Shown here one piece after another: positions 37,221 through 46,079 of a DNA stretch of 54,617 bases (position 1 is the stretch's first letter; every line of letters begins with the position of its first letter). The notes below the pieces were generated by a model. It saw only the letters and a list, made by a program, of their open reading frames with translations. It searched no databases and was not told the origin of the DNA. The position numbers were made by a program, and so were the translations under genes. This DNA comes from Chloroflexota bacterium (GTDB lineage: Bacteria; Chloroflexota; Anaerolineae; Anaerolineales; Villigracilaceae). The stretch is from assembly GCA_017743695.1 (NCBI GenBank), contig JAGHYK010000001.1, forward strand, positions 1 to 54,617, written 5' to 3'.

Positions 37221-37600
37221 CCCCCTTCGTTGACGGTATCCCCTCGGTAAGCCGGAAAGCCTGGGCTGTGCTGCCGCCGTCCACGGTCTGTTGTCCACCG
37301 TCTGACGGGCTGGAAGCCCGCGCTGAAACTGCGGTCTGCATTCGTTTATTCGTTGCCCCATTCGTTGACGGTTTGCCCTCCCCCGGCGGGCTGGAAAGCC
37401 CGTGCTACGGCTCTCTGCCGTCTGCCATCCGCGGTCTATTTACCGTTCATCGTCCATCGCGCCGTTGCCGTCCGCCGTCCCCATTCGTTTATTCGTTTAT
37501 TCGTTCCCCTATTCGTTGATGGTCGCCTCCACCGTCCATCGTCCAATCGCGCTCTGCCGTCCGCCGTCCGTCGTCTAATTCCGCGGTCTGCCGTCTTCAT
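37221..37600 (+). repeat. Three tandem, diverged copies of the modular element (TTCGTTGA(C/T)GG - GNRA-loop hairpin - CCGTCC/CCGTCT tract)
   Basis: Unit starts: CCCTTCGTTGACGGTATCCCC (37223), CCATTCGTTGACGGTTTGCCC (37358), CTATTCGTTGATGGTCGCC (37509). Hairpins GCCGGAAAGCC, GGGCTGGAAGCCC and GGGCTGGAAAGCCC. Each unit is followed by runs such as CCGTCCACGGTCTG, CTGCCGTCTGCC, CCGTCCGCCGTCC. Confidence 0.8.
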
Positions 37601-37695
37601 TCGGACATGGGTGTATAATCCCCTTATCCTCTATCCATCCTCCATCCTGGCATCCGTCTGTTCTGCTTTGCAGTGAAGGCCTTCAGGGTATCCAT

Positions 37696-39156
37696 ATGTC
37701 ACTGGAAGAATATCTCGATCCATTAACCTTCTTGCGTCGCATGGTGGGAAAAACAGCCTCCCAGGGGTATCTGGAAGACTACCAGACCTGGTGGGAAGGC
37801 GAGGGGAAGCTGATCTCAACGGCTGTAGATCGGGCGGGCACACCCTGGCTGCGCATGTTCGACCGCTTTGGCCAGCGTGTGGATGAAATTCTCTTTCCCC
37901 CCGAATACTGGAAAATGCTGCGAAAAGGTTACCAGGCAGGGGTGATCTGGCGCGTCTTTGAGGAAAATTCTCTGGTGCCCCATTATTTACTGGGCTATCT
38001 GACCGCTTTTTACGACGCCGGATTGTACTGTCCTTATACTGTTTCTCTTTCTACAGCCGTTCCGCTGGCGAAATATGGCACGGAGCCACTGAAGCGTCAC
38101 TTCCTGCCCAGATTGCTGGCGAAAGATGAAACCGTGTGGCAGGGCGCGACCTGGATGACAGAGATCGGGGGCGGCTCCGATCTGGGAACTGCTGTGGAAA
38201 CGGTTGCGGTTCCTGGCGACGATCGCTGGTATTTGAGCGGCGATAAGTATTTTGCCAGCAATGCCGGGGCAGAGCTGGCGGTTGTAGCGGCGCGCTTTCA
38301 GGGTGGTGCGGCGAACATTCGCGGGTTGGGGCTTTTTCTCCTCCCACGCTATCGCTCAGATGGCACGTTGAATTACACCATTCGGCGCATAAAGGATAAA
38401 ATCGGCACACGTTCGGTGCCCACCGGCGAAGTCGAGTTGCGCCAGAGTGAAGCCTATCTGCTGGGCGAAGCCGATTGGGGCATTTATCTGATCCTTGAAA
38501 CCTTGAATCTTTCGCGGGTGGCCAACAGTATCGGAAGCGTTGCGCTGGCCCAGCGTGCACTGGCGGAGGCAATCACCTTTGCCCGCAGGCGCCAGGCTTT
38601 TGGCAAAGCAATTCTCGAACATCCGTTACTCCGTCATCAGGTCGAGCAACGCCTTGATGATCTGGAAGTGGCCTTTGCCCTGGCGTGGGAAGCAGTGCGC
38701 CTGCTGGAGCAGGTCTGGCAGGAGAATCCGCGCTACTCGTCCCGTTATCATCTCTTTCGATTGGTCGCTCATCTGGCCAAGTACTGGACCGCAGAACTGG
38801 CTGTGCAAATGGCAAAATGGTGTATGGAAGTGCATGGTGGACTGGGAACACTGGCTGAGTACGGCGCGGAGCGCTGGTTGCGCGAGGCGATGATCCTGCC
38901 CATCTGGGAGGGCACCCCTCACCGTCAGATTTTAGATGGTCTGGAAGCGATGGAACGCAAGGGAGCGCATCAGTTGCTTCTGGATCACCTTGCCCCTTTC
39001 GCTCATCCTCAGAAACTGGAGGAATTCGCAGCGCGCCTGGAAGAGCACCTTTCGCTGCCCAAAGAGGAGCAAGAGGCGCTTGCCGAACCCCTGTTTCGCG
39101 ATCTGGCGATCTTCACGGCGCAGACGTTGCGCCATCGAGGCTTTCTCAATGTCTAA
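37696..39156 (+). CDS. Acyl-CoA dehydrogenase family protein (AidB-like)
   Basis: 486 aa. WMTEIGGGSDLG, IRRIKDKIGTRSVPTGEV, C-terminal four-helix ACAD domain (CMEVHGGLG..). Confidence 0.8.
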   Translation: MSLEEYLDPLTFLRRMVGKTASQGYLEDYQTWWEGEGKLISTAVDRAGTPWLRMFDRFGQRVDEILFPPEYWKMLRKGYQAGVIWRVFEENSLVPHYLLGYLTAFYDAGLYCPYTVSLSTAVPLAKYGTEPLKRHFLPRLLAKDETVWQGATWMTEIGGGSDLGTAVETVAVPGDDRWYLSGDKYFASNAGAELAVVAARFQGGAANIRGLGLFLLPRYRSDGTLNYTIRRIKDKIGTRSVPTGEVELRQSEAYLLGEADWGIYLILETLNLSRVANSIGSVALAQRALAEAITFARRRQAFGKAILEHPLLRHQVEQRLDDLEVAFALAWEAVRLLEQVWQENPRYSSRYHLFRLVAHLAKYWTAELAVQMAKWCMEVHGGLGTLAEYGAERWLREAMILPIWEGTPHRQILDGLEAMERKGAHQLLLDHLAPFAHPQKLEEFAARLEEHLSLPKEEQEALAEPLFRDLAIFTAQTLRHRGFLNV

Positions 39157-39217
39157 AGCCACGATTACTGTCTATAGCGCGCCATCTCCCATCCATCCTG
39201 GATGATTTGACCCGATT

Positions 39218-39829
39218 GTGGCGATGTCGCAGGAAATTGAAGCCAAGTTCTACGTCAGCGATCTGGCGGTTTTGGAAAATCGCCTGCAGCGGGCCGGTGC
39301 CCGTTGTTTGCATGCCCGCACGCATGAGATCAACCTGCGTTTCGATACCCCAGGCGGCGATCTGCGCCGTCAGGGGAGGGTGCTGCGTTTGCGTCGCGAT
39401 CAGCACGCCTGGCTCACCTATAAAGCCGGTCGGCAGATCGAGGATGGCCTGCACCGCCGCGAAGAGATCGAATTTCAGGTCTCCGACTTTGAGGCTGCCC
39501 GCCATTTCCTGGAGGCTTTGGGCTATGAGGTGCAGTTTATCTACGAGAAGTATCGCACGGTATATCTGTTGGATGCGGCGGAGATCATGCTCGACGAGTT
39601 GCCCTACGGGAATTTTGTAGAAATCGAAGGGCCTCCCGAAACAGTTCGTCAACTGGCGGCACGCCTGCGCCTTGCCTGGGAAACAGCCATCCCGCTCAGC
39701 TATCACGCGCTCTTTGAGCGCTTGCGTCAACGGATGCACCTATCGTTTCGCGATCTGTTGTTCGAGAATTTTCGAGAGATTTCGATTTCCCCTGAGGCTT
39801 TAGGCGTGATAGACGCGTTGAGAAGCTAA
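39218..39829 (+). CDS. CYTH-domain protein (triphosphate tunnel metalloenzyme / class IV adenylate cyclase-like)
   Basis: N-terminal EIEAKF (ExExK signature), then the alternating charged beta-strand pattern (RLRRD.., REEIEFQV, VEIEG). Confidence 0.8.
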   Translation: MAMSQEIEAKFYVSDLAVLENRLQRAGARCLHARTHEINLRFDTPGGDLRRQGRVLRLRRDQHAWLTYKAGRQIEDGLHRREEIEFQVSDFEAARHFLEALGYEVQFIYEKYRTVYLLDAAEIMLDELPYGNFVEIEGPPETVRQLAARLRLAWETAIPLSYHALFERLRQRMHLSFRDLLFENFREISISPEALGVIDALRS

Positions 39830-39855
39830 ATATCTCCATCCTTTCTTGAAGGTGC

Positions 39856-41277
39856 GTGAGAATGGTCGCTTTTCTCTTAGGTCCTATCGTCGGCGGGTTA
39901 TCGCATGAAAGCGTGAATCTGTGGGCGCGTGCGGATGGGCCGGGGACACTTTATGCCTGGCTGGCAGAAGAAGGAGAACCGTTACGCCTGGTCGGAAGTG
40001 CCCCTTTACAGGCTTCTGATGGGTTTGCAGGGATCGTCAGGGTGAAAAACCTGAAACCAGAGACCTCTTATCGCTATGCCCTGACCCTCGAGGCCTCTGA
40101 GAATGCCCCCGAGAGACGGGAGGGGCGCTTTACGACTTTCCCCTTACCGGGTCTGCGGCGCTCTTTCTCTTTTGCTTTCGGTTCCTGCTTCCGCCCCAGC
40201 GGATCGGGAAATGTCAACGCGTTCCATGTTTTGTCGCGTTTCCTCTCTTACTCGCCCGATTCTATACGATTTTTAATGCTCATTGGAGACCAGATTTACG
40301 CGGATGACGGGAAATACAACGCATTAAATCGGCCAGCAGAGACGCTGGAAGACTATCGGAAGGTTTACGCTTACGTCTGGTCACAGCCTGAATGGTGCGA
40401 GGTGGTCAATCGCCTGCCGGTTTTTATGACTATGGATGATCACGAGGTGGATAATGACTGGCATTGGATAGATGAGGATCGTACTCAGGCTACAAGTTCC
40501 TGCTATGTGCCGTCTTGCGCCTGCAAGAAAGGGAATTTGCGTGCTGAACGCGTACTTTCTGCACTTAAGGCTTACTGGGAGCATCAGGCTATGCACGGCC
40601 CCGTGCCGTTTAGATTGCCTGAATTTGTACATGGGGCTTCGCTGCGCCTGCCCCAAGCCGACCCTGGGTCGTTTGCCTGCGCGTTTACGTACGGCGCGGC
40701 TGCGTTTTTTGTGATGGATACTCGCAGTGGACGGGTTTGCAACTTGAGAAAAAAGCAAATGCTTCATCCTGCTCAGTGGGAGCAACTGAAAGCATGGTTG
40801 CTCAAGGTGAAAGATGAATATCCTGTCAAGTTTCTGGTAACATCCTCTGCACTTTTATATCAGTTAGGGGTAGATGTACCTGATCGCTGGTCTGCGTTTC
40901 CAGAGGAACGCGATCGCTTATTGCGATGGATCGCTGAGCATGAGATCGAAGGGGTATATTTCCTGAGCGGCGATCTGCACTCAGCGCACGCAACCAGAGG
41001 CTGGCTGGAGGGTCCGTCTGGAAAACGGATTCAAATTTACGAATTTTGTTCCACCCCGTTTGAACAGGAAGTTAATAAAATTTCCAGGTATTTGAACATT
41101 CGTCCCCGCTCCTCGGTTCTCAAAGGATATGAACATCTTTTCACCATTCCGGCGATGAATTTTGGGATCATACATGTCACATTTCAAGGAGATACGCCGA
41201 AGGTATTCTTTGAATGTGTGCATGAGTGTCACTCTGGGTTTTTGACAAAAACCTGCTGGACAAGCTCCTGGGCATAG
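39856..41277 (+). CDS. PhoD-like metallophosphatase/phosphodiesterase with no recognisable signal peptide
   Basis: FAFGSCFRP, LMLIGDQIYADD, MTMDDHEVDNDW, SGDLHSAHA. GTG 39856 or ATG 39862 start. The N-terminus (MVAFLLGPIVGGLSHESVNLWARA) enters the PhoD N-domain directly, with no twin-arginine motif. Confidence 0.8.
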   Translation: MRMVAFLLGPIVGGLSHESVNLWARADGPGTLYAWLAEEGEPLRLVGSAPLQASDGFAGIVRVKNLKPETSYRYALTLEASENAPERREGRFTTFPLPGLRRSFSFAFGSCFRPSGSGNVNAFHVLSRFLSYSPDSIRFLMLIGDQIYADDGKYNALNRPAETLEDYRKVYAYVWSQPEWCEVVNRLPVFMTMDDHEVDNDWHWIDEDRTQATSSCYVPSCACKKGNLRAERVLSALKAYWEHQAMHGPVPFRLPEFVHGASLRLPQADPGSFACAFTYGAAAFFVMDTRSGRVCNLRKKQMLHPAQWEQLKAWLLKVKDEYPVKFLVTSSALLYQLGVDVPDRWSAFPEERDRLLRWIAEHEIEGVYFLSGDLHSAHATRGWLEGPSGKRIQIYEFCSTPFEQEVNKISRYLNIRPRSSVLKGYEHLFTIPAMNFGIIHVTFQGDTPKVFFECVHECHSGFLTKTCWTSSWA

Positions 41278-41406
41278 CATTGCCGACGAGATGGTTACAA
41301 GCACCTGGGCGGTCAGCAATCTCCTGACGTGTCTCTTCCATGAGGCCCCGCTTTGTGCACTTTTGAGTGTGAGGGCGAGGACAGGGGGCAGAGTGGATGA
41401 AAAGCG

Positions 41407-42345
41407 CTAACTCCAGTGAAATATCATCCTTTGTTGCTGATCCAACCGGTAGAGGCCGGCCTCTTTTGCTGCCCGAATGGCTGCCTCGTATTCTTCTGCG
41501 GTAATGCGGCGGTTAATCAGCGGATAGCGCTCCGCACGATAATCTGGATGGTATTGGGCCATGATGTTCAGGTATGTGTTGGGTGAGATGTGGCGGGCAA
41601 GAAAGCGCACAATTTTGCGCGTTCCGGCCAGGTGATTGGGCAGAACCAGGTGGCGGACCAGCAGGCCGCGCCGTGCCAACCCATCTTCTCCGATCTGCAG
41701 ATCCCCCACCTGGCGATGCATCTCCTTTACAGCCGCCTGATTGACGCGCGGGTAGTTGCGTACCAGAGAGTAGGTGAAGGCAATGCGCTCATCCGCATAT
41801 TTCATATCCGGCATGTAGATGTCAATCACGCCGTCGAGCAGGCGCAAGGCAAGCAGAGAATCATAGCCACCGGTGTTGTAGACCAGCGGTAAACGCAAGC
41901 CGCGACGCGCCGCAATGGCTACCGCTTCCAGAATTTGTGCCACCACGTGAGTGGGAGAAACCAGGTTGATGTTGTGACATCCATAGGCCTGGAGCCGCAA
42001 CATGATCTCGGCCAGTTCCCCGGCATCCACCTCATCCCCGGCCTCCTGCTGGCTGATCTCGTAGTTCTGGCAGAACTGGCAGCGTAAATTGCAGCGGCTG
42101 AAGAAGATCGTGCCCGAACCGCGCCAGCCGCGTAATACGTCTTCTTCGCCCATATGGGGGCCGTAGCTGCTCACCCGTGCGTAGCGCCCGGTGCGACAGA
42201 CCCCATTTGCCACTTCCCAGCGATTCACGCGGCAGCGTCGCGGGCAGAGCACACAGGCTTTGAGAAGTTCCAGGGCCTGTTCTGCGCGCTTTTCAAGCTC
42301 TCCAGGAGGGAGTTGCAGATAGGCGGGGGTGAATGAGTTGCTCAT
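41407..42345 (-). CDS. Radical SAM enzyme (PflX / activase-like)
   Basis: CNLRCQFCQN (CX3CX2C) plus an extra N-terminal Cys cluster CVLCPRRCRVNR..GVCR. The start overlaps the upstream stop (TAATG). Confidence 0.8.
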   Translation of the reverse strand: MSNSFTPAYLQLPPGELEKRAEQALELLKACVLCPRRCRVNRWEVANGVCRTGRYARVSSYGPHMGEEDVLRGWRGSGTIFFSRCNLRCQFCQNYEISQQEAGDEVDAGELAEIMLRLQAYGCHNINLVSPTHVVAQILEAVAIAARRGLRLPLVYNTGGYDSLLALRLLDGVIDIYMPDMKYADERIAFTYSLVRNYPRVNQAAVKEMHRQVGDLQIGEDGLARRGLLVRHLVLPNHLAGTRKIVRFLARHISPNTYLNIMAQYHPDYRAERYPLINRRITAEEYEAAIRAAKEAGLYRLDQQQRMIFHWS

Positions 42346-42659
42346 TACGAGAGACGGCGGGCGCGTCGGGCGGCCTGGCTGAGGTATTCAACCAGCGAGC
42401 GCACTTCCTCGGACATTTCTGATTCGCTGAATTCAAAGGTGTGTTCTTGATCTTCGTTGATCACCGTCAAATGATAGGTGAAACGGTCGGCGCCAACCGT
42501 GGAAGGACGAGAATGGCGTTCTAACGCATGTGCCTGGAGCAATTCGCGCAAGCGCATTTGTGCCTCGATGGGCAAATCTTTCTCCTCCAGGTGAATCCGT
42601 AAGGGGATACCTGTAAAACCACCGCGGCGCTCAAATCTGATTTTCAGGGGTGTATTCAT
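42345..42659 (-). CDS. Small protein resembling emfourin (proteinaceous inhibitor of protealysin-like M4 proteases)
   Basis: 104 aa from ATG 42659 (GGAGG 5 nt upstream). ..RFERRGGFTGIPL.. and ..DRFTYHLTV.. resemble emfourin motifs as I recall them. It lies directly downstream of a signal-less M4 protease, as in described protealysin operons. Confidence 0.5.
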   Translation of the reverse strand: MNTPLKIRFERRGGFTGIPLRIHLEEKDLPIEAQMRLRELLQAHALERHSRPSTVGADRFTYHLTVINEDQEHTFEFSESEMSEEVRSLVEYLSQAARRARRLS

Positions 42660-42675
42660 GGGACCTCCGAGACTT

Positions 42676-43779
42676 TCACTTGCCCAAAAGGTGCAGGAGC
42701 GCTGGCAGGCAGCCGCTGGCCTGTTCGCCATCTACCGTCAGCCCCACTTCCTGCCAGCCTTTACGCACGGCCTGTTGCTCCAGGCTTCCGTTTCCGAAGA
42801 GTTCGCCGGCGATGCGATAGGTGACGGCGGCTGCGGCCTTGAAATCCGCGAGAGCTGTCAATCCGCTGGTCAGGGCGCGATACCATATCTGCCCTGCCTT
42901 TTCCCAGGCATATCCCCCGATCTCGCGCGCGGTGACGTAAAAAGCATGGTTGGGAATGCCTGAGTTGATGTGCACGCCGCCGTTATCTTCAGATGTTTCC
43001 ACGTAGTCGCGCATGTGAGCAGGCTGTGGGTCTTTGCCCAAAATCGGATCGTCATAAGCGGTGCCCGGCGCTTTCAAGCTGCGAATGCCGACGCCGTGAA
43101 CATGAGGGGTAAACAACCCCTCGCCGATGATCCAGTCCGCTTCTCCAACGCTTTGGGAGCGGGCGCGTTGTTTGACCAGTGAGCCGAAAATGTCGGAAAA
43201 GGACTCATTCAAAGCGCCGGATTGACCGAAGTAAACCAGGTTGGCCTCATGTTGGGTGATGCCGTGCGTCAGCTCGTGCCCGATTACATCCAGCGAGGCG
43301 GTGAAGCGATTGAACAGTCGCTCTTCAGGGGGCAGATCCTCATCTCCATCCCCATAGACCATTTGTTGCCCATTCCAGAAAGCGTTGTCATAGCCTCGGC
43401 CATAGTGCACTGTCGAATTGAGGTGCATTCCATGTCCATCTATCGAATTGCGCCCATACACATCGTGAAAGAGGTCGTAGGTCAGGCCGGCGCCCTCGTA
43501 GGCTTCGTTGACGGCTATATCTTCCGCGGGCGGATCGCCCTCTTTGCGCACCAGGCGGCCGGGTAAGGTTTCCGTGAAGTCGGCGTGGTAAACGGCGCGG
43601 TATTTCTCCGCAGCCAGTTCGGGGCGGATGAGATCGCGTAACGCCTCTGCAAAAGTCAATCGCTGACCGTACAGTTGGGCGGTCAGGTTAAGAGCGTTGA
43701 GCGCAAAATTCTTCTGTGCTGGTGACCCATTGAGGGCGATCTGTTTGAGCATGTAAGGGGGAATGATACAGTAAAGCAT
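42676..43779 (-). CDS. M4 (thermolysin-family) metalloprotease, protealysin-like (no signal peptide, short propeptide)
   Basis: HEXXH in VIGHELTHG, downstream GALNESFSD (third zinc ligand Glu), and an N-terminal IIPPYML propeptide motif. Confidence 0.85.
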   Translation of the reverse strand: MLYCIIPPYMLKQIALNGSPAQKNFALNALNLTAQLYGQRLTFAEALRDLIRPELAAEKYRAVYHADFTETLPGRLVRKEGDPPAEDIAVNEAYEGAGLTYDLFHDVYGRNSIDGHGMHLNSTVHYGRGYDNAFWNGQQMVYGDGDEDLPPEERLFNRFTASLDVIGHELTHGITQHEANLVYFGQSGALNESFSDIFGSLVKQRARSQSVGEADWIIGEGLFTPHVHGVGIRSLKAPGTAYDDPILGKDPQPAHMRDYVETSEDNGGVHINSGIPNHAFYVTAREIGGYAWEKAGQIWYRALTSGLTALADFKAAAAVTYRIAGELFGNGSLEQQAVRKGWQEVGLTVDGEQASGCLPALLHLLGK

Positions 43780-43856
43780 AGCGACTCCTGTTTTTATTAT
43801 ACACCCCAGGTTTCACTTCAGAAGATGAGTTTTTGCCTACCGATTCATCCAGAGGC

Positions 43857-44564
43857 TCACTCCTGAAAGCTATATCCTTTTTGCCAGGTACGGATGATGG
43901 CATCTGCTGCCAGCCCTTCCGCTTCTAACTTGCGGCGTAAGCGATAGATAGCATTTTTGAGCACTGCAGGGTCTGCATCAGAAGCTCCCCAAACGGTTTG
44001 TATGATCTCCTCATTGGAGAACACATACCCGGGGCGACTCATGAGCAGGTGCAGCAAGCGAAATTCGGTATTGGTGAGACGGATTTCGCGTCCTGTGGGC
44101 AGGATGAGGCATCGTCGAGAAGGATCGAGCCGCAAACTACCGGTTTCACGCCGGGTGATGGGCATTGTCCAGCTTCGGCGCGCCCAGGCGGTAATTTTGG
44201 CTAAAAAGATGGCCGGACTGATAGGCTTAATCACACACTCGTCAACTCCTGCCTGATAGGCCTCCAGGATTTCTTGCTCATTGTTGGAGGGCATGAACAG
44301 CAAAATAGGGCTGTTGCTTTGGGCACGAAAATGGCGGCAGATTTCGATGCGCTGCTCATGGGGAACACTGACATCAATGACGATCAGGTCGGGAAGCTCT
44401 TCCTGATAACGCTGCATAGCGCGGGTTACTGAAGTCTCCAGGATGGCTGTCAAACCCTTTTCGCGAATGATGTATCCCCAAATAGGCGCTGTGGCGTTTT
44501 GATCACAAACAACGAACACGCGTAAGGGCGGGAGATTTTCTTTCGGCTCCATTTCAGACTCCAT
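43857..44564 (-). CDS. OmpR/PhoB-family response regulator
   Basis: REC domain (RVFVVCDQ.., LIVIDVSVP, VDECVIKP) plus winged helix (LTNTEFRLLHLLM.., QKGYSF). Start ATG 44564 or 44552. The longer ORF-track start runs through a dispersed repeat. Confidence 0.8.
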   Translation of the reverse strand: MESEMEPKENLPPLRVFVVCDQNATAPIWGYIIREKGLTAILETSVTRAMQRYQEELPDLIVIDVSVPHEQRIEICRHFRAQSNSPILLFMPSNNEQEILEAYQAGVDECVIKPISPAIFLAKITAWARRSWTMPITRRETGSLRLDPSRRCLILPTGREIRLTNTEFRLLHLLMSRPGYVFSNEEIIQTVWGASDADPAVLKNAIYRLRRKLEAEGLAADAIIRTWQKGYSFQE

Positions 44565-44585
44565 CGAGATACATTTTATCGCAAA

Positions 44586-44630
44586 TGGATGATGGACAGT
44601 GGATGGTGGCAAGCAGGCCTTCCAGCCTGT
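44586..44630 (-). repeat. Partial copy of the modular element (tract + CAGGCCTTCCAGCCTG hairpin)
   Basis: tggatgatggacagtggatggtggcaagCAGGCCttccAGCCTG lies upstream of the response-regulator start. Confidence 0.6.
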
Positions 44631-44715
44631 CAAAAGCAATGGTCAGGGAAAGGCAACCACGAGGATACCCGACTGTTACTCAGCGGTGAGTGCAGTGGAC
44701 TCAGTTTACTCCTTA

Positions 44716-44752
44716 TGGTAACGATTGGTAATATTTTGTTATGAAATTGTTA
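44716..44752 (+). promoter_or_regulatory. Four helically phased direct hexamer repeats (candidate OmpR-family response-regulator site) upstream of the FGE-like gene
   Basis: TGGTAA (44716), TGGTAA (44726), TTGTTA (44736), TTGTTA (44747); spacing 10/10/11 bp. The last repeat ends 22 nt before a TATACT -10-like hexamer (44775-44780). GGAGG at 44805-44809, ATG at 44817. Confidence 0.45.
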
Positions 44753-44816
44753 CTATTTTCCCTTTGCTTCGCTGTATACTACAGGCAGAGTCTAATTCTA
44801 CTCTGGAGGTTTCCAT

Positions 44817-45758
44817 ATGAAACGCAGGCTATCTCTGGTATTGGCGCTGATATTCCTGCTCGTTGGCTGTCAGGGAAACAGAGCGGCCCCCACACCAACC
44901 CCTGTGCCGCTTCCGACCGCAATGCCTTCACCGACCCCTGTGGCCGTGATCCCGACGGCTACGGTAGCCGCACAGGCACCACAGGCAGGGAGCGAACGAG
45001 TGGCACAGGCGGATGGCATGGTCCAGGTATATATTCCGGAAGGTACCTTCCACCGTGGGGGATATGACACCAAAACCGACCCGGATGAACTACCGCCGCA
45101 CGATGTCACCCTCCATGCTTTCTGGATGGATAAGACGGAAGTCACAAACGCGATGTACAAACTCTGCATGGATGCCGGGGCTTGCAAGCCTCCCAAACAA
45201 TTCAAGTCCAGGACGCGCGATCAGTATTTTCTGAATCCGGAATTTCGGGATTATCCGGTGGTCTATGTAAGCTGGTCGGATGCGGATGCCTATTGCCGCT
45301 GGGCTGGGCGCCGCTTGCCGACCGAAGCAGAATGGGAGCGCGCTGCTCGTGGGAATGATTTTCGTACCTATCCGTGGGGAGATGAATTCCCGGATTCCTC
45401 TCGAGCGAATTTCAATAACATTGTTGGGGATACCAGCCGGGTCGGATCTTATCCGGCGGGGGCGAGCCCGTTTGGGATTCTGGATATGGCCGGCAATGTC
45501 TGGGAGTGGATTGCGGATTTCTATGATGCCAACTATTACAAGAAAGGAGTGACGGTCAATCCGACGGGGCCGACTGCTCGTGCAAATTTCTACGGACGGG
45601 TGATCCGAGGCGGCTCTTTCCAGGATGCGGCAACCGAATTGCGGGTGGCAAATCGCGCCTGGCTGGTTGGCCCCAATCCATCTGCCAATCCCAATAGCGC
45701 AGAGTTTTATGGAACGGTAGATCCAAAGGTGGGCTTCCGCTGCGTCTCCGATCAGTGA
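44817..45758 (+). CDS. Lipoprotein of the formylglycine-generating-enzyme (FGE/SUMF1) family
   Basis: Lipobox LLVGC. FWMDKTEVTN, YPVVYVSWSDADAYCRWAGRRLPTEAEWE, GNVWEW, RVIRGGSF, GFRC. Confidence 0.85.
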   Translation: MKRRLSLVLALIFLLVGCQGNRAAPTPTPVPLPTAMPSPTPVAVIPTATVAAQAPQAGSERVAQADGMVQVYIPEGTFHRGGYDTKTDPDELPPHDVTLHAFWMDKTEVTNAMYKLCMDAGACKPPKQFKSRTRDQYFLNPEFRDYPVVYVSWSDADAYCRWAGRRLPTEAEWERAARGNDFRTYPWGDEFPDSSRANFNNIVGDTSRVGSYPAGASPFGILDMAGNVWEWIADFYDANYYKKGVTVNPTGPTARANFYGRVIRGGSFQDAATELRVANRAWLVGPNPSANPNSAEFYGTVDPKVGFRCVSDQ

Positions 45759-45808
45759 GAGCCGTAAGACGTTTCCGGCGGCATTCCTGAGAATATCTGC
45801 CTGAAAGG

Positions 45809-45843
45809 GTAGCCATGTTGATCCGTGGCTACTCTATTTTTTA
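45809..45843 (+). terminator. Rho-independent terminator after the FGE-like gene
   Basis: Stem GTAGCCA (45809-45815) / TGGCTAC (45826-45832), followed by TCTATTTTTTA. Confidence 0.7.
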
Positions 45844-46079
45844 TTCCTTCCGCTTCACTCGATCATTTCCCTTTCACCATTCCCGTTCGTTGACGCTTAT
45901 CGCTGGCACTTCTGCGGTGCAGCTTCATCATATCCCTGATTCAACCCTGGGAGACTGGGGGTATTTCATGGTGGGCTTTAAGGCACGGAGGTTGTACCAT
46001 TCGGCGTTGTGCTTTTTGTCACAGAAAAGGTTGTGATTTTTGTCACTGTTTTTTGACCTCTTAAAGGGTTATTATATTA

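Noticed and set aside
37133-37695. Cobalamin riboswitch upstream of the B12-binding MCM subunit gene
   Set aside because: The region is explained by three tandem dispersed-repeat units, and I could not find a B12-box-like core by eye. A covariance-model scan (Rfam Cobalamin) would be needed to exclude it formally.
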